A model generated the notes under the pieces. It did no database searches, was not told where the DNA came from, and saw only the letters and a program-made list of their open reading frames with translations. From Ramazzottius varieornatus (lineage: Eukaryota; Animalia; Tardigrada), in assembly GCA_001949185.1 (NCBI GenBank), contig BDGG01000008.1:372001-436000 (forward strand): 64,000 nucleotides of DNA, given 5' to 3'. A program made the translations under genes and the position numbers. How positions within the stretch are numbered: position 1 is the first letter of the stretch; each line of letters begins with the position of its first letter. This document shows, piece after piece, positions 55,380 through 64,000 of this stretch.

Positions 55380-57962
55380 ATGACGGAGAGTATATCTGTT
55401 ACTTCTGCGCTCGTAAAGAGCTCTTATAAAACAGACACATGTGGACGCCGTCCAGAAGTCAAGATGCGCACCGAGTCCTTTCCCCAAGTCAATGTCGACA
55501 GATCTGGACCGTGTGGCCCTGAAGCTGAACCTCCGAACGATGCAAATCCTGTCAACAAAGGTACGGAAGACGTCTATAATGCTGAAGCTCTCATTTCGTC
55601 CTAAATTGCTGTTGTCAGGCTGGGAAACGTGGGCTAGTAAAATGGGCGGAGACTGTACTGACGGTGCAAGTTATAATTTCGACGCTGAAGAACTTGCTGT
55701 CCGACTCGGCACTCGGGTTGACAAGGCCGGAAAACTACATGCCAAAATGTAAGAAACATGTAACATGACAGACGAAATTAAGTCTGGGGAAATTCTGTTT
55801 TTGAAATGTTTTGTTTTAGCCTACTGCAAAAGATTTACCATTTCTGGCACTGTCGGCAGCATACGGACATGGTCCTAATAGCCGGTCCAGTGCGCGAAGA
55901 GGTCCACTTGCACATGTTCCTGGCCCACACTGAGTTCTACGAGAAGCTTGTTATGATTCCCGAGTCAGAGAAGATGTGGAAGGAAGGAAAACTAGTTTTG
56001 GACATGACGGGGATGGTCCAACCGAAAGCCCTCAAGTCCATCGTCAGCTTCATTTACACGGGTGCGATTAAGGTTTGCTGATGAGATGTCATCCAGGCTT
56101 CGTATATGTTGGTTGGTTGAATTCACCACCGGTTGATGTAATGCTCTCTGTCTACAAGCTTATTTTCAATTATGGTGGATCGATCTTAGTTGACGCTGGA
56201 TAACGTGACGGACATCGCAATGGCTTCCAAAGCGATGGGTCTTCGAAGGTTGCAGGAACAGTGCACAGAGTTCCTCGACTACATCTTCGCCGATTTCCAT
56301 CTCTTCACCATACTACGTAATGTCCCTGCCGAACATAAGTTTTTTGACGTTGCCTGGACAAAGATTCTGAAAAGGTTTCGTAAAGTATGCTGCGAACCGG
56401 GGTTCCTCGATATGGACCTTGGTCAACTGGAGCATATGATCGCCTCGGACAAGCTCAGTGTTGAGGTAAACTGCGGATCGTTTGCAAACTTCCTAATGCT
56501 CATCGGTACCTGTTCGATCACGTGTTTAGATTGGTTTTTTCTTTAGAGCGAATACGAGGTCTTCAAGCCCGTGATGAACTGGATAAACCACAATCGACAG
56601 TGCAGAGAAACTCACTTCTTCAAACTGATGGCTCAGGTACGCGGAAGACATGATTCAAACTAGGCAGATCACCCAGAATTATCGTATTGGAGAATTGGTT
56701 CTAGGTCCGATTTGCCTATATGGACATCGACGATCTAATTCAGTGTATGCAAGACGAAGAACTGTTTCGAACGAACTGTAACGCCCAGAAACTGCTTGAA
56801 GATGCCGACATGTATGAAGCTCTTTCATTATCGTTGTCTTAATCAGGAATAACAGCAAACCGGGGTCTAATAGGTACGCAACGATGGAATCGATGGGCGA
56901 CGAATGGAATAACTACCCTCCTTGGCCACCTCGAAACGAAATCATAAAAAGGAAGGTCGAACGTGAGTACAATAGGTACACCTTTACTTGTTTGAATCTT
57001 CTATTTCGTTGCAGTTGGTGGTACAGTGTTGCGAATTTATAGTGAGAAAGCAGAAACTGGCGAGACTTCGTCCAAAGACCAAAACCGAAATCTGTAACGA
57101 ATGTCTACCAGAAGACATGCAGACAGAGTACGGATGCAGACTACCCACCGTCTGCGACGAAAGACCACGGCTGAACTTGGGTTATTCAGCAGCACAGAAC
57201 GAAAGCCCGCAATATGTTTACAACGAGCCACATGCCAACGATTCTGACGATAGCTTGCAAGACCAGGAAGACGAGCGGGGCGAGATGGATCTTTTTGGCA
57301 CGAACATTCCGGCTTGGCATCGCCAAGTCCAGGATCCCATTAGACCAAGAGGTGAGTGAGAATAGCTTATCGTACACGCAGTTTACTAATTAGTTTACCA
57401 CTAATTAGTTTACCGCAGTTTACCAAATTATCGGCCGGGACGAAATTACCAACCACCGACCGAGAGCGGCAGCACATCAGTTTATCAGTCTGATTGCTCA
57501 GCTTCAGCTGGCAGCTGCCGCATTCCGTCTGTGGCCGGTAATCTGTCCCGGCCGATAATTCGGTAAACTGCGTGCACTAATGAGTAATTATTGATAGAAA
57601 TGATTTTTAATGAGTATAAATCTGTCCTGGCAGTTCCGCAGTGCACAAAGGAAACCTCAAGCAACAGGACCCAGCTCTTAGCTGAGCTTCGGTGCAAAAC
57701 GCGCACCGAACCCGAGAGAAGTCCACCGTGTGAACCATGTCACGAGCCGCCAAAGCAATGTGTGGCGATGACGGGACCGTGTGCCGGACCGAGGAAACCT
57801 AAAGATCTGATCAAAGCTTGGAGTGGTACTGTTCCTTTCACGTGCAAGCCGATGCAGTCCCAAGACAGCATACCATGCAGGAGAGGAGCCAACAAGTCTC
57901 GGGTACGAGGACCCAGCGAAATTAGTCTACCTGCTTTCATGTTTGAGAAACGAAACCTTTAA
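55380..57962 (+). CDS. BTB-BACK domain protein with Cys/Pro-rich C-terminus and no kelch repeats (multi-exon)
   Basis: TDMVLIAG..VHLHMFLAHTEFY..ALKSIVSFIYTGAIK|LTLDNVTDIAMASKAMGLRRLQEQCTEFL (BTB); FLDMDLGQLEHMIASDKLSVE|SEYEVFKPVMNWINHN..LMAQ|VRFAYM (BACK). Confidence 0.8.
57375..57574. mobile_element. MITE-like inverted-repeat element in a BTB-gene intron
   Basis: CGCAGTTTACCAAATTATCGGCCGGGAC versus right reverse complement CGCAGTTTACCGAATTATCGGCCGGGAC; the left end carries tandem TAATTAGTTTACC duplications. Confidence 0.65.
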
Positions 57963-58248
57963 CTGTTTCGCTTGTCAAGAACTCTTGCCTAAGGCTGTAT
58001 AAAGTAACTCTTTAGGAGACGTTTGGTATCGTTTCCCGACATTCTATCATCATTCATCGACCATGCTCCAAAGTCAGTTTTGTACGAAACACTTGCGAAT
58101 TTCAGCTCTGAGTATGCGGTGGTAACGATACTTCGGGAAACACAACAGTTGCTGATTAATTTGTACATTTAAAAAGCCATCAAACTAGAACCATGACACT
58201 GTCAGACACGTGCCGGAAGTTCGCCCGGAGACTCGTTTTCTACTAAGT

Positions 58249-59047
58249 TCATACTTGAGCAGCAGCACCTGATAATACTTCTTGCTTTCGCGCTGCTTCA
58301 CGTTCACGATACTTTTTGTGTCCTCTCCGTTCTTCCTTTGCTTTCATTATTCCTGTCCTTCGGAACTCTGATCTTTCTTTCAGGTATTGCTCCGTACATT
58401 CATTCACAAACGACGGATCAGTATACCTGTAAAAATCATCAGTTTTTGCGCATATAACCGTTTGATAATAGCGGTCTCTACAGCCGAAAGGACTCCGAAT
58501 GAAGAGCAGTACGGGTGCTGACAATTGACAAACAGGAATAATGACGGAACGAGTTATAGGTACCATTTCTCCATACACTGCTTCATACGGTTGTTCTCCT
58601 GCCGACATCTTGTGATGACAGCTAAGCCGGCAGCTTTTCCGCAAGCTTCGAAGGCTGAAAGACAGAGTACACGAAATAAATTCCAACACCGTAAGTGCGA
58701 ACACTGCTCGCCGAGCAGCGATGCGACCGGAAGTACGCCTAAGCTGGGCTGATACCTCGGTATTCTGCCTGACATTTATCCTCCCTTGTCCTTTCACGGA
58801 TTAGTTTAGGAACCATCACGTCTTTTTCGACTTTTCGCAAAGCTTTGTCGTCAGGATCCCCTAAAATCAACACATGTTAGAAGCTTGGACTTACTGCATT
58901 ATCCCGCACTGTGCGAGAGGATTCAAGTAACACAAGAAGGAAACACACCTCACCCAGTCCCAGAGGTCCTCCCCCGCCGCGCTTCAGGATGACGTGCTTC
59001 TCCACATGCTTTTGATGCCCAGCATCTCCCGTCGCCTGATCCGACAT
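58249..59047 (-). CDS. CMC1: COX assembly mitochondrial protein CMC1 (twin CX9C), 4 exons
   Basis: GPLGLG|DPDDKALRKVEKDVMVPKLIRERTREDKCQAEYR|AFEACGKAAGLAVITRCRQENNRMKQCMEKW|YTDPSFVNECTEQYLKERSEFRRTG. Confidence 0.88.
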
Positions 59048-59474
59048 CTCTTTCTCGTGGTTGAGGTGGACTCGTTATGCGCAGTTCACATATGGAATAG
59101 TCTTCTTTGGAGAAATTCGCAATCAGTACTGTAGTTTTACTTTTGGCCGAGACGGCATGCCAATCAAGCATCAAGCCTAGTCAAATGTAAACAGGGTCAC
59201 CCCTTGCTCATGGAGGGCAAGCCCTCACTCATCGTGCCTCCAAAAACGAAAAGTGCTTTATCATTACGTTAAGAAAAAAACAAACTCAGATTTTTTTCAT
59301 CCTCTCGGATGTCGATTCAGAGGTCGGATCAACCGGATCATCTCGATTAACTCAGCGACGTGTACCTTTCGTCGGCACCCCAAGATACTTTTGGAGCAGA
59401 AGAGGGACTTTATGTTAACGGGGACTATCGCGGATCCGCAGCCTTCGAAAGCCTCAACAAGACGAAGCCCCGAC

Positions 59475-61039
<1,565 letters not shown>

Positions 61040-61329
61040 TTTTTCTCTGAACCTTTCTTTTCTACGCAAGCCGCTTCATTTCCGACTATCCGTATCAATA
61101 TTTGTTCTATGAATTTTCGTCGTATTTTGCATACTTCTTTTTGGCGCTTCAAAGATTTTTATCTGAATAATCAACTCTTGCAAATAAAGAGATGGAGATG
61201 GACAGATAACAATCGCGTTGCCAAGTCTTCTTTTCGAAATGCAAAGAAGTATTATGGGGAACATTTCGCTTTTCTGCGGTCTCAAGCCAACTGAAGTTCG
61301 AAGACTGAAGAACGAAGAACTAATGAGCA

Positions 61330-62378
61330 ATGGCATTCTCTGGTGGAGTTTACACCGTAGCTCACGTTCCGCAATCTAGAAATGCTATCCACAACATTCC
61401 CAACCATCCACTGGTGCATAAACCATTCTTCCGGGAACTCGAATCAGTAGAAGGTCAACGCAAAGCCATCCTTGTACCTTGTTTTAAACTCAATCTACGG
61501 CTACTGTATCTACTGGGATTTCTAATCATCTGTGCACAGATTGCAAGTGAGTGACGTATTCCTTATCGCAGTCCATCATTACTGAATATATACGTAGGAA
61601 TAATTTCTATTTTGTCACAGTGTCGGTATTGATAATGCTGTCCGCCCAGACCTACACGTTCAGCAATCAGACCTTCGCCTTCGACTCCACCGATTCCACA
61701 ACCTCAGGAACCTCGGTTGATCCCTCGGTCAGCACGATACCAGTCTCGTCGACCCTAACGACAGTTTCCGTGATGCAGCAGTACACCGCCGTTCGTTACT
61801 TCCCGGGTGTGGTGGCGGGTGTCGCTATCATTGCTCTCGCTGCATTTGCCCAGACCGTGGCGAACCGTGTCCAGACCGAGTTTAACAAAGAGCTCAACAA
61901 GCCCGAACTGGTTGACCCTCAGGAGAGAATAATCTCAATGGCCGGCCACATCCACGTGCAGTCTGTCGACGCGAAGTCCTCCGTGAACTTCAAGGATAAC
62001 TCTTATACGACGTGGAGTGGATTACCGATGTCGCGAGTACTGCTAGCGGTTCTATCCGCTCAGGCTATTATATTCTTACTCGCTTTCCTGGCTTGTACGA
62101 TAGTGGGCTTGATGGAGAGTACGACGGTACTGAAGAGTCTGCCCAAGGATTCGGTGTACGGGTTGGTGTTGGGCATTGTCGCGCTGCAGGCATTCTCTAT
62201 AGCGCCTTCTGGCGTGTTAGCACTTTTTATAACAATACAGATTATTATAACTACTAGTCTTTTTGGCTACCTGTGCTGTGCAAGATGCTACCCCGTACCG
62301 GTCTATGTCGACTGGGAGAAACAGTGTGCGGCAACGAAGCGGCTGGTCATATACAGAGGGGACGAGCTTTTCGATTGA
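61330..62378 (+). CDS. Uncharacterised multi-pass (4-5 TM) membrane protein, 2 exons (61330-61546, 61621-62378)
   Basis: Frame-compatible GTGAGT...CACAG intron; several 20-25 aa hydrophobic segments, a Ser/Thr-rich loop with NQT, and juxtamembrane CCARC. Confidence 0.6.
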
Positions 62379-62796
62379 ATAAATGCTCGAACTATCAAAC
62401 TGAAACTTGCTTGGCTTTGGGTACCTTGTTCGATTCTCAATTTCTCAGAATGCCAGAAGCTCACGAGGTGTAATTTATTCTAAATTATGCGCAGGTCCGA
62501 GGGTGGTCTGCCGGCCGCCAAAGCGTTTCGAGGAACTGGTGCTTTTACTTCCCTTCAAGTTCGCTCGAGAGTGGTGATCAAACAGGTTTAGTTCCTCATT
62601 GATAATATTTTGATAACCTAACCTTCGCGGCGGTTGCAAAAGCTGGCTTAGTGCTCTGTGCTGTTGCAAGGTCAGCTGTTTATTCCGGCAGTTGTTGCGG
62701 GAGAGATCGAACAGTTCAGTGTTGCCATTCCGGGGGTCCGCTAAGGATATTCTATCGTACACGGGAAGCATCAATTATCCGCAAAACCCCATAAGA

Positions 62797-63279
62797 ATGT
62801 ATTTCTCACGGGAACACTGCCGTAGGGAGAACTTCCTGGTTCTCTGCTACCCTGCCATGCTTTTAAGTGTGGTTTTTCTTCCTCCAGCTTATGGGGACAT
62901 CCAGTCCACCTTAGCAATGGCAGCTCTGGCCTCGAAGCTTGGCGGGAACGATTCGGGAAACAGTGGAATGATGGGTCTGGCTGCCAAGCACCTTCTTGGG
63001 ATGAACAGCGGTAATAGCGGATCTGGCGGCATGCTATCGTCATTGGTGGGAGGGAATTCCAACTCGAATTCCGGGGGAGGTGGCGGCCTCATGAAGACTG
63101 CAATGGCAATGATGGGAGGGAACTCAAACAATAACAACAACGGCGGTAGCGGAGGAGGACTATTGAAATCGGCCATGGGGATGCTTACCGGAGTCAAAGA
63201 TACAACGACGACCCCTTCTCCCGGTATACTACAGAGACTTCTCGCGGGAGCAAGTGCCGGTTTGAGTGGTAAACGCTAA
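62797..63279 (+). CDS. Secreted Gly/Asn/Ser/Met-rich protein with amphipathic repeats and terminal GKR
   Basis: Signal-like NFLVLCYPAMLLSVVFLPPAYG, repeated G-[LM]-[LM]-K-[ST]-AM-x-M segments separated by GGNSN linkers, ending LSGKR*. Confidence 0.65.
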   Translation: MYFSREHCRRENFLVLCYPAMLLSVVFLPPAYGDIQSTLAMAALASKLGGNDSGNSGMMGLAAKHLLGMNSGNSGSGGMLSSLVGGNSNSNSGGGGGLMKTAMAMMGGNSNNNNNGGSGGGLLKSAMGMLTGVKDTTTTPSPGILQRLLAGASAGLSGKR

Positions 63280-64000
63280 ACTATTATTTCATCTCTTGAA
63301 AGTGCCTCTTCGGCAAAACTTCTCTGACAGCCTCACCTGAAGCAAGTCCTCTGCGGTACTGATGTTAAAAAGCGACAGAGATCAGCGTTCTTTCGAAATC
63401 GGAATTATATACGAGATACTGTTCTTAGGGAAAACACTATCGGAACGAAACGCAGTTCAAATGCATCTGGCAAACGCGTAAGAGTTACCTTATAACATCT
63501 TCTCAATGACAAAAGCATCTTCGGATCGTTCCCTTCTGGAGGTCGTAGTTGTGAAGAATATTCCCAAAGTAAAGGAAAAGCTCCATCTTTGCAAGGTCCT
63601 CCCCAAGACAAGCGCGCTTTTCTAACAATATACAAGCCTTTTAGTATAGTTGTACACGTTCCGAAAAGAGCAGTCATACAAGCAAATACCTTTCAATCTA
63701 TCGCGACCCGAATCGCTTTCCAGAGCCGCAAAAGTTTAAGCCAGAGCGATATTTCGATGTCTAGGGAAACCTGTTCATTCCACCAGGCTTTCAATTCACT
63801 ACGAGTAACTCGCGACTTTCTTTGCATCGATTTGACTTGAGAGCGGTCAGTCTGAACCCAAAGCACCTTTATATCACCCAGCTCCCAGAAGCCATGAACA
63901 TTGAATGCTCCTATGCAGGTAATAAACAGGTTTATAACGATGAGCTAGGTAAAGGGTGAAGGGTAACCGTGGCGATTTCCACCGGTTGACGATAAACGTA

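Overview
Gene-dense eukaryotic (metazoan, invertebrate) genomic DNA with many short GT-AG introns. The style is consistent with a compact ecdysozoan genome such as a tardigrade; this is an inference and cannot be proven from the window. Conserved genes recognised: MFSD10, RPB11/POLR2J, MRPL33, a myophilin/transgelin-type CH protein, a protocadherin, a divergent LSD1/KDM1A, NDUFB11, a Ly6/uPAR GPI protein, par-3/bazooka, a BTB-BACK protein, CMC1 and RPN11/PSMD14. The most interesting material is non-canonical. (1) Two adjacent secreted low-complexity proteins (Thr-rich, and Gly/Ser/Tyr-rich with 99-bp repeats) share only an 18-aa motif, Y-x-F-P-[FY]-x3-[FY]-FNPMDSRNL, conserved at protein level despite recoded codons. 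(2) A spliced 58-aa LEA-like hydrophilin with a TATA promoter is only partly captured by the ORF track. (3) Two families of dispersed palindromic elements have a fixed 28-29 nt spacer: ACCTGCATACA-N28/29-TGTATGCAGGT (7 units) and AGTGGCGC-N28/29-GCGCCACT (7 copies). (4) A secreted Gly/Asn-linker amphipathic-helix protein ends in a GKR amidation signal. Several TA-flanked MITEs, a decayed gene/transposon relic and one assembly gap are also present. Exon boundaries were read by eye and some are approximate.
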